A DNA stretch of 64,000 nucleotides from an uncultured Rhodospirillales bacterium (lineage in GTDB: Bacteria > Pseudomonadota > Alphaproteobacteria > Acetobacterales > Acetobacteraceae), in assembly GCA_903924855.1 (NCBI GenBank), contig CAIYCW010000042.1, positions 2,464 to 66,463 of the forward strand, written 5' to 3'. Of this stretch, positions 7,183 through 17,975 are shown piece after piece. Both the position numbers and the translations under genes were made by a program. Position 1 is the stretch's first letter. The number at the start of each line of letters is the position of its first letter. The notes under the pieces were generated by a model, which saw nothing but the letters and a program-made list of their open reading frames with translations, was not told where the DNA came from and did no database searches.

Positions 7183-9288
7183 TTATTCGTGTGTCTCAGG
7201 CACAACAATGACCGGCTGCACCATCACCTTGGCCTCCGGCTCAACCGGAGTCTCGGTGTGAACCGACTGCTGGATCTCGGAGGCTTGGGCCTCCTCCACC
7301 ACCACGGCAGGCGCGGTTTCGGCAACCACCACCACCGGTTCGACCACCACAGGCTCGACCACCACAGCTTCAGGGGCCGTGGCTGCGATGGGGATCTCCA
7401 CCACCTCCGGCACCGGCTTCGCCTCGGCCGCGCGCTTGCGGAAGGTCACCAGCATGAAGGCCGGAATCTCATCGCCGAAGCCCAGCACCGGCGGGCCCAG
7501 ATCGTCATCGCGGCGATACCGTTCCCGGCCCCGATCACGCTCGGCAGTCCGATCAAACCGCGGCTCAGGGCGCGGGAAGCGCTCGGCACGATCCGGCCGC
7601 TCCGCCGGGCGATCAGTACGCTCCGGCCGCGGCCCACGGCCCGGAAACGCAAGGCCGGACGGCAGCTCAGGCTGCGGCGCATCCAACGGCAGCGGCTCCA
7701 CCTCACCACGGCGCGGCTTGTCCACCCGCGCGGGCCGTTCGGCACGCGCCGGGCGCTCGGCCCGCTCCGTCGGCTCTGCGCGCGCCTCAGCCTTCGGCGC
7801 CCGCTTGTCATCCCGCTTCTCGCCGGATTTCTCGGCCTTGCCCTCGGGCTTGCCGCCCCGGCCCCGGCCGCGCTTGCCGCGTCCCTCGGACCATTCAACG
7901 CTGTCCAGACCCTCGATGCCGATCAGCTCGATCTTGTTGCCGGTCAGCTTCTCGATCGCCTCCACCGCCAGACGGTCATCCGGCGTTGCCAGCATGAAGG
8001 TGCGCCCCTCACGCCCGGCGCGCCCGGTGCGGCCGATGCGGTGCACGTAATCCTCGGCATGGATCGGAACGTCGAAGTTGAACACATGGCTCAACCCGCC
8101 AATGTCGATCCCGCGCGCCGCCACATCCGAGCAGCAAAGCAGCCGCAGCTCGCCGGCCTTGAACTTCTCAAGCGTTGCAAACCGCACCGATTGCGGCATG
8201 TCGCCATGCAGCGCGCCCACCGAAAAGCCGTGCCGCGTCAGCGACTTCAGCAGAATATCCACGTCCTTCTTGCGGTTGCAGAAGATCAGCGCGTTCTGCA
8301 CATCCTCGGAGCGGATCAGCCGGCGCAGCGCCTCGCGCTTGTCGTGCTCGGCCACCATCACCAGGCGCGAGGTGATCGTCGTCGCAACCGAGGCCGGCTT
8401 GGAGACGGTGATCTCCTTCGGGTTCTGCAGGAATGCATCCGCCAGCCGCTTGATCTCGGGCGCCATCGTCGCCGAGAAGAACAGCGTCTGCCGGTTGGGC
8501 GGCAGCATCGCCACGATCTTCTCGACATCCGGGATGAAGCCCATGTCGAGCATCCGGTCGGCCTCGTCGATCACCAGAACCGAGGTCTGCGTCAGCAGCA
8601 TCCCGCCGCGCTCGAACATGTCGATCAGCCGGCCCGGCGTTGCGATCAGCACGTCCACGCCCTTGTTCAGCAGGTCCTTCTGATCGGACATGCTCTCGCC
8701 GCCGATGATCAGCGCGTGGGTGAGCTTCAGATACTTGCCGTATTTGACGAAATTCTCCGCCACCTGCAACGCCAGCTCGCGTGTCGGCTCCAGGATCAGG
8801 CTGCGCGGCATGCGCGCCCGCGCCCGGCTGCCCTGGAGAATGTCGATCATCGGCAGGGTGAAGCTGGCCGTCTTGCCGGTGCCGGTTTGCGCGCAGCCCA
8901 GCACGTCCCGGCCCATCAGCACGAACGGGATCGCCTGCGCCTGGATCGGCGTGGGGTCGTTGTAGCCCATCTCGGCCACCGCCCGCAGAATGGGCTCTGA
9001 CAGGCCAAGGGCTGCAAAGCCGTTCTCGACCGGCGTTGCTTCAACCGCCTCGTCGCTCCCGGTCTCGGAGACGACGGCAATCTCAGCATCCGGTGCCGGC
9101 TCTTCCGCGATCAGATCGGTCTGCGCGGCGGGTGCGATCTCCGTCGGCTCCACCGGCTGCTCGGCAGCCAGTTCCAGCGCCATCTGTGGCGGCATCTCCA
9201 CCGCGATTGCGGCGTGTTCGGTCTCTTGCGGCGTTTGGGTCTCGATCAAGTGATATGTGCTTTCCAGGCGGCACGCCTCGGCGCGCAC
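7183..9288 (-). CDS. DEAD-box ATP-dependent RNA helicase (RhlE-like) with an acidic N-terminal extension and an Arg/Pro-rich repetitive C-terminal tail
   Basis: Q motif (GYNDPTPIQ), [24 protein letters not shown] and [10 protein letters not shown] are present. The start is ambiguous: GTG at 9288, or ATG at 9195 or 9183. Confidence 0.85.
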   Translation of the reverse strand: MRAEACRLESTYHLIETQTPQETEHAAIAVEMPPQMALELAAEQPVEPTEIAPAAQTDLIAEEPAPDAEIAVVSETGSDEAVEATPVENGFAALGLSEPILRAVAEMGYNDPTPIQAQAIPFVLMGRDVLGCAQTGTGKTASFTLPMIDILQGSRARARMPRSLILEPTRELALQVAENFVKYGKYLKLTHALIIGGESMSDQKDLLNKGVDVLIATPGRLIDMFERGGMLLTQTSVLVIDEADRMLDMGFIPDVEKIVAMLPPNRQTLFFSATMAPEIKRLADAFLQNPKEITVSKPASVATTITSRLVMVAEHDKREALRRLIRSEDVQNALIFCNRKKDVDILLKSLTRHGFSVGALHGDMPQSVRFATLEKFKAGELRLLCCSDVAARGIDIGGLSHVFNFDVPIHAEDYVHRIGRTGRAGREGRTFMLATPDDRLAVEAIEKLTGNKIELIGIEGLDSVEWSEGRGKRGRGRGGKPEGKAEKSGEKRDDKRAPKAEARAEPTERAERPARAERPARVDKPRRGEVEPLPLDAPQPELPSGLAFPGRGPRPERTDRPAERPDRAERFPRPEPRFDRTAERDRGRERYRRDDDLGPPVLGFGDEIPAFMLVTFRKRAAEAKPVPEVVEIPIAATAPEAVVVEPVVVEPVVVVAETAPAVVVEEAQASEIQQSVHTETPVEPEAKVMVQPVIVVPETHE

Positions 9289-9387
9289 GGCAAATCGCGC
9301 TCAACAGCGCGCATGACGCGTCGTATCCGGAAACGGGGCTGAAAAGTCAAGGTTGGCGCCGCACCCAGAGGCGCATAGAAGCCCACC

Positions 9388-10086
9388 ATGAGCGAGACCA
9401 TCCTGCTGCTGCCCGGCCTTCTGTGCGACGCGCGCCTGTGGCGCGACACGCTTGCCGCATTTCCCAACGCCGTTGTGGCCGATCTGACACAGGACAGCAG
9501 CGTGGACGCCATGGCCGCCCGCGCCCTCTCCCACATGCCCGGCCGCTTCGCGCTGTGCGGCCTGTCGATGGGCGGCTACGTCGCCCACGCCGTCATGCGT
9601 CTCGCGCCCGAGCGCGTCACCCGCCTTTGCCTGATGGACACTTCCGCCCGGCCTGACACGCCGGACCAGGCGCGCAGGCGGCGCGGCCTGATGGCGATGA
9701 CCCGCGGCAACCGCTTCCGCGGCGTCACGCCTCGGCTGCTGCCGCAACTCCTGCATCCGGACCATCTCACCAACACCGAACTCTGCCAGGACGTGCTGGA
9801 CATGGCCGAACGCGTCGGCCGGGACGCGTTTCTGCGCCAGCAGGAAGCCATCCTCACACGGCCGGACAGCAGGCCCGATCTCGCCCGCATCTCTGTCCCC
9901 ACATTCATCGCAGCCGGCGAGGCCGATATCCTCACGCCGCCTGATCTGGCGCGCGAGATGGCCGATCTGGTGCCCCAGGCCAGGCTGCACATCCTGCCCA
10001 ACTGCGCCCATCTGCCACCGATGGAACAGCCGGCTGACACAAATGCAATGCTTCGTGACTGGCTCTCGTCAGGTTCAGCAGTGTAA
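9388..10086 (+). CDS. Alpha/beta hydrolase fold protein
   Basis: 232 aa with a GLSMGG nucleophile elbow, plus a C-terminal Asp (AGEADILT) and His (NCAHLPP) consistent with the catalytic triad. Confidence 0.8.
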   Translation: MSETILLLPGLLCDARLWRDTLAAFPNAVVADLTQDSSVDAMAARALSHMPGRFALCGLSMGGYVAHAVMRLAPERVTRLCLMDTSARPDTPDQARRRRGLMAMTRGNRFRGVTPRLLPQLLHPDHLTNTELCQDVLDMAERVGRDAFLRQQEAILTRPDSRPDLARISVPTFIAAGEADILTPPDLAREMADLVPQARLHILPNCAHLPPMEQPADTNAMLRDWLSSGSAV

Positions 10087-10124
10087 ACACAGAGCACCCA
10101 GTTCAGCATTGTGAGGTCATTGTC

Positions 10125-10439
10125 ATGCGCAAATTCCTGCTCGGCACCGCTGTCGCGGCTGTTGCAGCCGGTCTCGCCTTGGTTCCCGGCACCGCGAACG
10201 CCTGGTGGCATGGCGGGTTCTATGGCCCGCGCGTGGTGTTCTTCGGCCCGCCGGTGATCTACGGGCCACCGCCGCCGGTCTATTACGCACCGCCACCCGT
10301 GGTCTACGCCCCCGCCCCTCCGGCCGGCCAGACCTGCTACGCCGGTGCCTATGTCTGCCCGCTCGACCAGCCCACCCCGGTCAATGGCGGCTGCTCCTGC
10401 CCGACCAATCAGGGCCGGGCCTACGGAAGGGCACGCTGA
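10125..10439 (+). CDS. Small secreted Pro/Tyr-rich, Cys-containing hypothetical protein
   Basis: Signal peptide MRKFLLGTAVAAVAAGLALVPGTANA, PPV(V/I)Y repeats and a 4-Cys C-terminal segment. A GTGAGG Shine-Dalgarno sits 8 nt upstream of the ATG. Confidence 0.55.
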   Translation: MRKFLLGTAVAAVAAGLALVPGTANAWWHGGFYGPRVVFFGPPVIYGPPPPVYYAPPPVVYAPAPPAGQTCYAGAYVCPLDQPTPVNGGCSCPTNQGRAYGRAR

Positions 10440-10469
10440 CGGCGGGGCCATCACTGCGGCCCGCTCAAC

Positions 10470-13400
10470 TCACTCCGCCGGCGCCGGTTTTACCACCGGC
10501 GCCGGTTTTGTTTTCTTCCTGAACTGCAAGGCCAGATAGATTGACGGCGTGGTGTACAGCGTCAGGAACTGAGACACCACCAACCCGCCCGCGATCGCCA
10601 CCCCCAGCGGCTGGCGCAATTCCGATCCCGCCCCCAGCGAGAACACCAGAGGCAGCGCTCCCAGCAGAGCCGCAAGCGTTGTCATGATGATCGGCCTGAA
10701 CCGCTCCAGACACGCCGCATGGATCGCCTCGCGCGGCGTGCGCCCGTGCTGGCGCTCCTCCTCCAGCGCGAAATCCACCAGCATGATGGCGTTCTTCTTC
10801 ACAATGCCCATCAGCAACAGAATGCCGATGATCCCCATGATCGAGAAATCCGTCCCCGTCGCCAGCATGGCCAGCAACGCACCAAGCCCCGCCGAAGGCA
10901 GGGTGGAGATGATGGTGATCGGCTGCGTCAGGCTCTCATACAGAACGCCCAGGATGATGTAGATCGACAGAAACGCGGCTGCGATCAGGAAAGGCTGTGA
11001 ATCGAGGCTGCTCTTCAGAAACGTCGCATTGCCGCCGAACTGCACATGCAGCGTGTCCGGCAGCCGCATCTCATCCAGCGCCTTCTGGATCGCCACCAGA
11101 GCCGGCCCCAGCGGCGCATTGGGCGGCGTGTAGAAATCGATCGTCGTGGACGGGATCTCGCCCTGATGCTTCACCGCCAGCGCCGCCGTGCCGGAAACCG
11201 TTTTCACCACGCTGCGCAACGGCAGCTGCACGCCACCGGCCCCCGGCACAAAGATCCGGTCCAGCGAGGACGGATCCAGCTGCAGCGCGGGCAGCGTCTC
11301 CTCCACCACGCGATACTGGTTGCGATCGGTGTAGATGATCGAGATCTGCCGCTGCGAGAACGCGTTGCTCATCGCGTTGTCGATCGCCGCCACCGACACG
11401 CCGAGCCTCGATGCGGCCTGGCGGTCGATCACCACATTGGTCTGCGGCCCCGCCCGATCCATGTCGGAGGTGACATCGTTGATGCCATCCACCGTGCGCA
11501 GCTTGTCCGCCACCTTCGCGGCCCACTCCCGCAGCTCGCCCAGATCCTCATCCAGCAGATTGACCTCGTTGGACGAGCCACCCCGCCCGCCGCCGCGCAG
11601 ATCCTGCACCGAGTAGAGAAACGTCTGAATCCCGGCCAGCGCCTGCAGCTTCGGCCGCAGCCTGGCGATCACCGCCTCGGAGGATGCATCACGCTCCTTG
11701 GACGGCTTCAACCCCACCGTCAGCTGACCGCGATTGGGTGAGGAGAACCCGCCCGACACGCCGATCGTGGACCCAACGCCGGAGACCGCCGGATCGGCGT
11801 TGATGATGTCCACCACGCGCTGCTGCTGGCGCTGCATGGCGGTGAACGAGATGTCAGGGTCGGCAACCGTGGTGCCGCCGATCAACCCGGTGTCCTGCGT
11901 TGGCAGAAACCCCTTCGGCACAATGATATAAAGCCAGACCGTCAGCCCGATCACCGCGAACGTCACCAGCACCATCAGCCGGTTGTGCCGCAGCCCCCAA
12001 TCGAGCGTTCCGGCATAGGCGCGCTGGCAGGCCCGAAACCCCCGATCCACAGCGCCATCGATATGCGACCACCAGGTCCGGCGCAGCGGCCGGTCGTTCA
12101 TGTATTGCCCGCACATCATCGGCGTCACGCTGAGCGACACCGCGGCCGAGATCGCAATCGACAGTGCCAGGGTGGTGGCGAACTCATGCAGCAGCCGGCC
12201 CAGAATCCCGCCCATGAACAGCAGCGGGATGAACACCGCAACCAGGCTGATGCTGATCGACATCACCGTGAAACCGAGCTGCCGGGCGCCGGCAAACGCC
12301 GCCTGCATCGGCGCCATGCCGCGCTCGCGCAGCCGCACGATGTTCTCGATCATCACGATGGCATCATCGACCACAAACCCCACCGAGATGGTCAGCGCCA
12401 TCAGCGAGAAATTGTCGAGCGCGAAGCCATAGAACCACATCGCAACCAGCGTGCCCGCGATCGACAGCGGCACCGTCACCGCCGCCGCAAGTGTGGGCAC
12501 CATCCGGCGCATGAACAGCAGCACCACCAGCAGCACCAGGCTCACCGAGATCAACAGGGTGAACTGCACATCATCCACGCTGGCGCGGATCGTGTTGGTG
12601 CGGTCGGACAGGATGGAATAGTCGATCCCCGCCGGCATCCAGCCTTCCAGCTGCGGCAGCACCGCCTTGATGCGATCCACCGTCTCGATCACGTTGGCAT
12701 CCAGCGTCTTGGTGATCGTCACCAGAATGGCAGGCTTGTCGCCCAGCGTGGCGGAAAGGCGGGTGTTGGCCACCCCGTCGATCACATGCGCCACATCCTT
12801 CAGCCGCACCGTGGCGGAGCCCGCGGATTTCAGCACGATGTCGCCATATTCCTCCGCCGTGCTCAGCTGATTGCTCAGCCCGATCGTCTCCGCCCGGTCC
12901 GGCCCCTGAAACCCGCCCAGCGCCCCGTTGGTGTTGGCGGCGCGGATCGCGGTGAACACATCCTGGCTGGACAGCCCCGAAGCCTTCAGCGCCGCGGGAT
13001 TGATCTGCACCCGCACCGCGGGCTTCTCCGCCCCGTTCACCGTCACCTGCGCCACACCCTCCACCTGTGACAGGCGCTGGGCCAGGATACTGTCCGTCGC
13101 GTCATAGATGCCGGCAGCCGACAGCGTGTCCGAGGTCAGCGCCAGCGTCATGATCGGCGCCGCCGCCGGGTTGAACTTGCGAAAATACGGCCGCGCCGGC
13201 AGGTCGGATGGCAGATCGAGCGAGGCCGCGTTGATCGCCGCCTGCACATCATGGGCCGCACCGTCGATATCGCGGTTGATGTCGAACTGGATGATGATGG
13301 TGGTGCTGCCGATCACCGAGGTGGAGGTCAGCTCGGACACCCCGCCGATCTCGCCCAGATGACGTTCCAGCGGGGCCGCGATGGAATTTGCCATCGTCTC

Positions 13401-13583
13401 GGGATCAGCGCCCGGGCGGGCGGCGAACACCACGATGGTGGGAATGTCCACGCTGGGCAAAGGTGCCACCGGCAGGAAGTTATAGGCCACAGCGCCTGCG
13501 ATCAGCATGCCGATCGCCAGCAGGAATGTGGCCACCGGCCGGCGGATGAAGGCAGCGGAGAAGCTGGTCATGCCGCTCTTCAT
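10470..13583 (-). CDS. mdtC: RND multidrug efflux permease, MdtC-like
   Basis: 1037 aa. The N-terminus FIRRPVATFLL...LPVAPLPSVDIPTIVV...SIAAPLERHLGEIGGVSELTSTS closely parallels E. coli MdtC. An ATGA overlap links it to the upstream mdtB-like gene. Confidence 0.85.
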   Translation of the reverse strand: MKSGMTSFSAAFIRRPVATFLLAIGMLIAGAVAYNFLPVAPLPSVDIPTIVVFAARPGADPETMANSIAAPLERHLGEIGGVSELTSTSVIGSTTIIIQFDINRDIDGAAHDVQAAINAASLDLPSDLPARPYFRKFNPAAAPIMTLALTSDTLSAAGIYDATDSILAQRLSQVEGVAQVTVNGAEKPAVRVQINPAALKASGLSSQDVFTAIRAANTNGALGGFQGPDRAETIGLSNQLSTAEEYGDIVLKSAGSATVRLKDVAHVIDGVANTRLSATLGDKPAILVTITKTLDANVIETVDRIKAVLPQLEGWMPAGIDYSILSDRTNTIRASVDDVQFTLLISVSLVLLVVLLFMRRMVPTLAAAVTVPLSIAGTLVAMWFYGFALDNFSLMALTISVGFVVDDAIVMIENIVRLRERGMAPMQAAFAGARQLGFTVMSISISLVAVFIPLLFMGGILGRLLHEFATTLALSIAISAAVSLSVTPMMCGQYMNDRPLRRTWWSHIDGAVDRGFRACQRAYAGTLDWGLRHNRLMVLVTFAVIGLTVWLYIIVPKGFLPTQDTGLIGGTTVADPDISFTAMQRQQQRVVDIINADPAVSGVGSTIGVSGGFSSPNRGQLTVGLKPSKERDASSEAVIARLRPKLQALAGIQTFLYSVQDLRGGGRGGSSNEVNLLDEDLGELREWAAKVADKLRTVDGINDVTSDMDRAGPQTNVVIDRQAASRLGVSVAAIDNAMSNAFSQRQISIIYTDRNQYRVVEETLPALQLDPSSLDRIFVPGAGGVQLPLRSVVKTVSGTAALAVKHQGEIPSTTIDFYTPPNAPLGPALVAIQKALDEMRLPDTLHVQFGGNATFLKSSLDSQPFLIAAAFLSIYIILGVLYESLTQPITIISTLPSAGLGALLAMLATGTDFSIMGIIGILLLMGIVKKNAIMLVDFALEEERQHGRTPREAIHAACLERFRPIIMTTLAALLGALPLVFSLGAGSELRQPLGVAIAGGLVVSQFLTLYTTPSIYLALQFRKKTKPAPVVKPAPAE

Positions 13584-16500
13584 TCCGCGGGCGACTCCAC
13601 AACATCCGGCACCGGTGTCGTCCCTTCCACCCGCAGCCCCAGCCGCATGCGCAGCCGCTCGAACGCCAGATAGATCGCGGGCGTTGTGTACAGCGTCAGC
13701 AGCTGGCTCAGCAGCAGCCCGCCCACGATGGTCACCCCCAGCGGAAACCGCAGCTCGGAGCCCGAGCCCTGTTCCAGCGCCAGCGGCAATGCGCCCAGCA
13801 GTGCCGCCATCGTCGTCATCATGATCGGTCGGAACCGCAGCAGGCAGGCCTCATGGATCGCCGCCTCCGGCGACAGCCCCCGCTCCCGCTCCGCCTCGAT
13901 GGCGAAGTCGATCATCATGATGGCGTTCTTCTTCACAATGCCCATCAGCAGCACCACGCCCACCAGCGCCACCAGCGACAGATCCTGCCCGGTGGCCATC
14001 AACGCCAGCAGCGCGCCGATCCCGGCGGAGGGCAGGGTGGAGATGATCGTCACCGGGTGGATGATGCTCTCATACAGCACGCCCAGGACGATATAGATCA
14101 CCACCACCGCGGCCAGGATCAGCCATGGCTCGGAGGCGAGCGATTTCTGAAACTCCGCGGCGTCGCCGGAATACGTGCCGGAGATCGTGGCCGGCAGCCC
14201 GATCGTCTGCTCAGCCTTGGCAATCGCCGCCACCGCATCGCCCAGCGACTGGCCGGGGGCCAGGTTGAAGCTCAACGTCACCGACGGGAACTGCTCCTCA
14301 TGCGTCACCGCCAGCGGTGCTGTGATGCGCTTCAGGCTCGCAATGGTGGACAGCGGCACCTGCGCGCCCCCGGTGCCCGGCACCCGCAGCCGCAACAGCT
14401 GGCTCGGATCGGCCAGCCACGCCGGATCGGCCTCCAGCACCACGCGATACTGGTTGGACTGCGCGAAGATGGTGGCGATCTGGCGCTGGCCGAAACTGTC
14501 GTACAGCACGTCCTGGATCGCCTGCATCGTCACACCCAGGCGCTGCGCCGTGTCGCGGTTGACATCGACGAACACCCGAAACCCCAGGTCCTGCTGATCG
14601 GTTGCCACATCCTGCAGCCCGGGCAGCGCCTGCAACTCGGTCAACAGCTTGGGCGCCCAAAGATTCAGCTCGGCCTGGTCGGTGTCGATCAGCGTGTACT
14701 GGAACTGGGTGCGGCTGATCCTTGTTCCGATCTGAATGTCCTGCACCGGCTGCATGAACACGGTAAGCCCGGTGATATCCTGCAGCTTGGCCATCAGCCG
14801 ATCGACGATCACCGGGGCCGCGTCGCGCTGCGGCCGCGGCTTGAGGGCGATGGTGATGCGCCCGGTGTTCGGCGTGGCGTTGATGCTGCCCGCCCCCACA
14901 AAGCCGGACACCGCCGTCACGTCCGGATCGGCCTGGATGATGGCGGCGGCCTTCGCCTGAAGTGCCGCCATGCGCGGGATCGAGATCGACTGCTCGGCCT
15001 CGGTCACCGCCACGATCACGCCGGTGTCCTGCGGTGGCAGAAACCCCTTCGGGATCACCACATACAGCGCGATCGTGCCGAACAGCGTGCCCAGCGCCAC
15101 CACCAGCACGAAACGCTGATGGCGCAGCGCCCAGCCCAGCGTGCGCCGATAGCCGCCCAGCATCGCGTCAAACCCACGCTCGGCGATGCGCCCGACCAGC
15201 CCCGGATGGGCGGCCTGATGGTTGCGCAGGAACTGGGCCGACATCATCGGCGTCAACGTCAGCGACACCACGGCCGAGACGATCACCGACACCGACAGCG
15301 TCACCGCGAACTCGCTGAACAGCCGCCCCACCACGCCTTCCATGAACAGCAGCGGGATGAACACCGCGATCAGCGAGATGGTCAGCGACACGATGGTGAA
15401 GCCGATCTGGCTGGAGCCCTTCAGCGCCGCCTCCAGCGGGCTGCAGCCCTCCTCCAGATAGCGCACCACGTTCTCGATCATCACGATGGCATCATCCACC
15501 ACGAAGCCGGTGGCAACCGTCAGCGCCATCAGTGAGAGATTGTCCAGCCCGTAGCCCAGCCAAGCCATCACCCCGAAGGTGCCGATCAGCGACAGCGGCA
15601 ACGCCACGGCGGGAATGATGGTGGCCCGCCAGGAGCGCAGGAACAGCCAGATCACCCCCACCACCAGCACGATGGCCAGCGCCAGGGTGAACTCCACATC
15701 CGCCACGCTGGCGCGGATCGTCTCGGTGCGGTCGGTGACGATGGACAGCTTGATGCCCGACGGCATCGCCCGCTCCAGCGCCGGCAGCGCCTGCTTCACC
15801 AGATCGACGGTGGCCACGATATTGGCCCCGGGCTGGCGCTGAATGTCGATCACCACGGCAGGCCTGCCGTTGAACGCCGCCGCCACGCGGTTGTTCTCCA
15901 CGCCCCCCAGCACCGCCCCCACATCGAGCAGCCGCACCGGTGCCCCGTTGCGATAGGCGATCACCAGCGTGTTGTAGGCATCCGGCGACAGGATCTGGTC
16001 GTTGGCGCCAAGGGCGATCGCCTGGCGCGGCCCGTCAAACCCACCCTTGGCGCCATTCGCGTTGGCGGCTGCGATCGCGGTGCGCACATCCTCCATCGAC
16101 AGACCATACGAGGCGAGCCGCGCCGGATCGACCCGCACCCGGATGGCCGCGCGCATGTTGCCCTGCACCGTCACCTTGCCCACGCCATCGATCTGGCTGA
16201 GCTTGGGTTGCAGCAGCGTGTCCGCGGCGTCGCTCACCTTGTCGATCGTCGCACTGTCCGAGGTCAGCGCCAGGGACAGGATCGGCGCATCCGCCGGGTT
16301 CACCTTTGAATAGACCGGGGGGTAGGGCAGGGTGCTCGGCAATGTCCCGGCCGAGGCGTTGATCGCCGCCTGCACATCCTGGCTGGCTGAGTCGATGTTG
16401 CGCGTCAGCGAGAATTGCAGCGTGATCTGGCTGGTGCCCTCGGAACTGATCGAGGTCATGCTGCTCAGCCCCTGGATCTGGCCGAACTGGCGCTCCAGCG

Positions 16501-16696
16501 AGGCGGTGATCAGGGTGGAGACGGTGTCCGGATTGGCGCCGGGCAGCTGGGTGGTGATCTGGATGGTGGGGAAATCCACCTGTGGCAGCGCCGAGACCGG
16601 CAGCGCCCGATAGCCCAGGCCTCCGCCGAGCAGAACCGCGATCGCCAGCAGCCAGGTAGCGATCGGGCGAACAATGAACGGGGCGGAGATGTTCAC
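13580..16696 (-). CDS. mdtB: RND multidrug efflux permease, MdtB-like
   Basis: 1038 aa. FIVRPIATWLL...YRALPVSALPQVDFPTIQI...LERQFGQIQGL...PPVYSKVNPADAPI parallels E. coli MdtB. GTG start at 16696. Confidence 0.85.
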   Translation of the reverse strand: MNISAPFIVRPIATWLLAIAVLLGGGLGYRALPVSALPQVDFPTIQITTQLPGANPDTVSTLITASLERQFGQIQGLSSMTSISSEGTSQITLQFSLTRNIDSASQDVQAAINASAGTLPSTLPYPPVYSKVNPADAPILSLALTSDSATIDKVSDAADTLLQPKLSQIDGVGKVTVQGNMRAAIRVRVDPARLASYGLSMEDVRTAIAAANANGAKGGFDGPRQAIALGANDQILSPDAYNTLVIAYRNGAPVRLLDVGAVLGGVENNRVAAAFNGRPAVVIDIQRQPGANIVATVDLVKQALPALERAMPSGIKLSIVTDRTETIRASVADVEFTLALAIVLVVGVIWLFLRSWRATIIPAVALPLSLIGTFGVMAWLGYGLDNLSLMALTVATGFVVDDAIVMIENVVRYLEEGCSPLEAALKGSSQIGFTIVSLTISLIAVFIPLLFMEGVVGRLFSEFAVTLSVSVIVSAVVSLTLTPMMSAQFLRNHQAAHPGLVGRIAERGFDAMLGGYRRTLGWALRHQRFVLVVALGTLFGTIALYVVIPKGFLPPQDTGVIVAVTEAEQSISIPRMAALQAKAAAIIQADPDVTAVSGFVGAGSINATPNTGRITIALKPRPQRDAAPVIVDRLMAKLQDITGLTVFMQPVQDIQIGTRISRTQFQYTLIDTDQAELNLWAPKLLTELQALPGLQDVATDQQDLGFRVFVDVNRDTAQRLGVTMQAIQDVLYDSFGQRQIATIFAQSNQYRVVLEADPAWLADPSQLLRLRVPGTGGAQVPLSTIASLKRITAPLAVTHEEQFPSVTLSFNLAPGQSLGDAVAAIAKAEQTIGLPATISGTYSGDAAEFQKSLASEPWLILAAVVVIYIVLGVLYESIIHPVTIISTLPSAGIGALLALMATGQDLSLVALVGVVLLMGIVKKNAIMMIDFAIEAERERGLSPEAAIHEACLLRFRPIMMTTMAALLGALPLALEQGSGSELRFPLGVTIVGGLLLSQLLTLYTTPAIYLAFERLRMRLGLRVEGTTPVPDVVESPAE

Positions 16697-16708
16697 CGCG
16701 CGTCTCGG

Positions 16709-17950
16709 CTAGGCCGGTGCCGGCGTGGGCGCGCCCGCCGGGCGATTCGGCCGTGTGCGCGGCTTCGGCGCCGGCGCCACCGCCGCCGGATCGTCCAGAT
16801 GCACGCGGCTGCCCTCGGACAGGCGAGATGCCCCATCCGTCACCACACGCTCGCCGGCGGTCAGCCCCTGGGCGATCACCACCACCGTCGCATCCTCGTG
16901 GCCGATCTGCACAACCCTGCGGCTCACCGTGTCATCAGCCCCCACAACATACACATAGGCGCCCTGTGGCCCGCGCTGGATGGTCACCGGCGGCACCGTC
17001 AGCGCCTTCATCCGCGTCTCCACCTTCAGCCGCACATTGACGAACCCGCCCGGCCAAAGCTGAAGATGTTCGTTGGGAAACCGCGCCTTCATCTTGATCG
17101 TGCCGGTGGTCGGATCGACCTGATTGTCCAGCACGATCAGCTCGCCATGATCGAGCACATTGGCCGCAGCCGGCCCGTTCGCCGCGCTGTCCTGTGCCAG
17201 CGCCAGCACCTCGGGCTTGCCCCCGCTCTGCCCGGCCACCTCCATCGCCCGCGTCACCTGGCGCAGGCTTTGCTGCGGCAGGGTGAACACCGCATCGATC
17301 GGCCTGAGTGTGGTGATCACGCAGATGCCGGTGGTGTCGGAGGCATGCACGATATTGCCCGGATCGACCTGGCGGATGCCGATCCGCCCTGCGATCGGCG
17401 CCGTGATCGTGGTGTAGCTGAGATTGACCGTGGCGGTGTCGATCTGTGCCTGATCGCCCGCCACCTGCGCCTCCATCTGCGCCACGGTGGAACGCGCGGT
17501 GTCCGCCTGCTGGGCGGAGGCATACGCGTTGGCGGCCAGCTTGGTGTAGCGGATCACGTCCAGCCGGTCATTGGCCAGCGTCGCCTCGTCCTGCGCCTTC
17601 TTTGCCTTCGCCTGATCAAGGGCGGCCTGATAGGCCCGCGGATCGATCTGCGCCAGCACCGTGCCGGCGGTCACATCCTGGCCCTCGGTGAATAGCACGC
17701 TGGCCAGCTTGCCATCGACCTGCGCCTTCACGGTCACATTGGCCGAGGCCTGGATAGTGCCCAGACCATCCAGATAGATCGGCACATCCGCGACTGCCAC
17801 CGGCACCGCCAGCACCGGCACGTTGGCGTTCAGCCCGCCGCGGCGGCCCTGCGCGGTGGCATCCACCACGGCCGGGGTGCGATGACTCCACCACCAATAT
17901 CCACCACCGGCGGCGGCCAGGATCAGAACCAGAAAAATCAGGCGGCGCAT
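16709..17950 (-). CDS. mdtA: RND efflux periplasmic adaptor (membrane fusion protein), MdtA-like
   Basis: HlyD/MFP family features: an N-terminal TM segment (MRRLIFLVLILAAAGGGYWWW), a coiled-coil hairpin and a beta-barrel domain. The ATG at 17950 was chosen. Confidence 0.8.
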   Translation of the reverse strand: MRRLIFLVLILAAAGGGYWWWSHRTPAVVDATAQGRRGGLNANVPVLAVPVAVADVPIYLDGLGTIQASANVTVKAQVDGKLASVLFTEGQDVTAGTVLAQIDPRAYQAALDQAKAKKAQDEATLANDRLDVIRYTKLAANAYASAQQADTARSTVAQMEAQVAGDQAQIDTATVNLSYTTITAPIAGRIGIRQVDPGNIVHASDTTGICVITTLRPIDAVFTLPQQSLRQVTRAMEVAGQSGGKPEVLALAQDSAANGPAAANVLDHGELIVLDNQVDPTTGTIKMKARFPNEHLQLWPGGFVNVRLKVETRMKALTVPPVTIQRGPQGAYVYVVGADDTVSRRVVQIGHEDATVVVIAQGLTAGERVVTDGASRLSEGSRVHLDDPAAVAPAPKPRTRPNRPAGAPTPAPA

Positions 17951-17975
17951 CAGGAAAGCCTTGTCCGGTTGGGCA

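Noticed and set aside
7250-7800. Short tandem DNA repeats (15-nt GGYTCGACCACCACA units; repeated CGGGC/CGCTC blocks) were considered as a possible VNTR or CRISPR-like array.
   Set aside because: The repeats are in frame within the helicase C-terminal tail (VVEPVV, ERPARA peptide repeats). They have no spacer/repeat regularity and no cas genes. This is low-complexity coding sequence.
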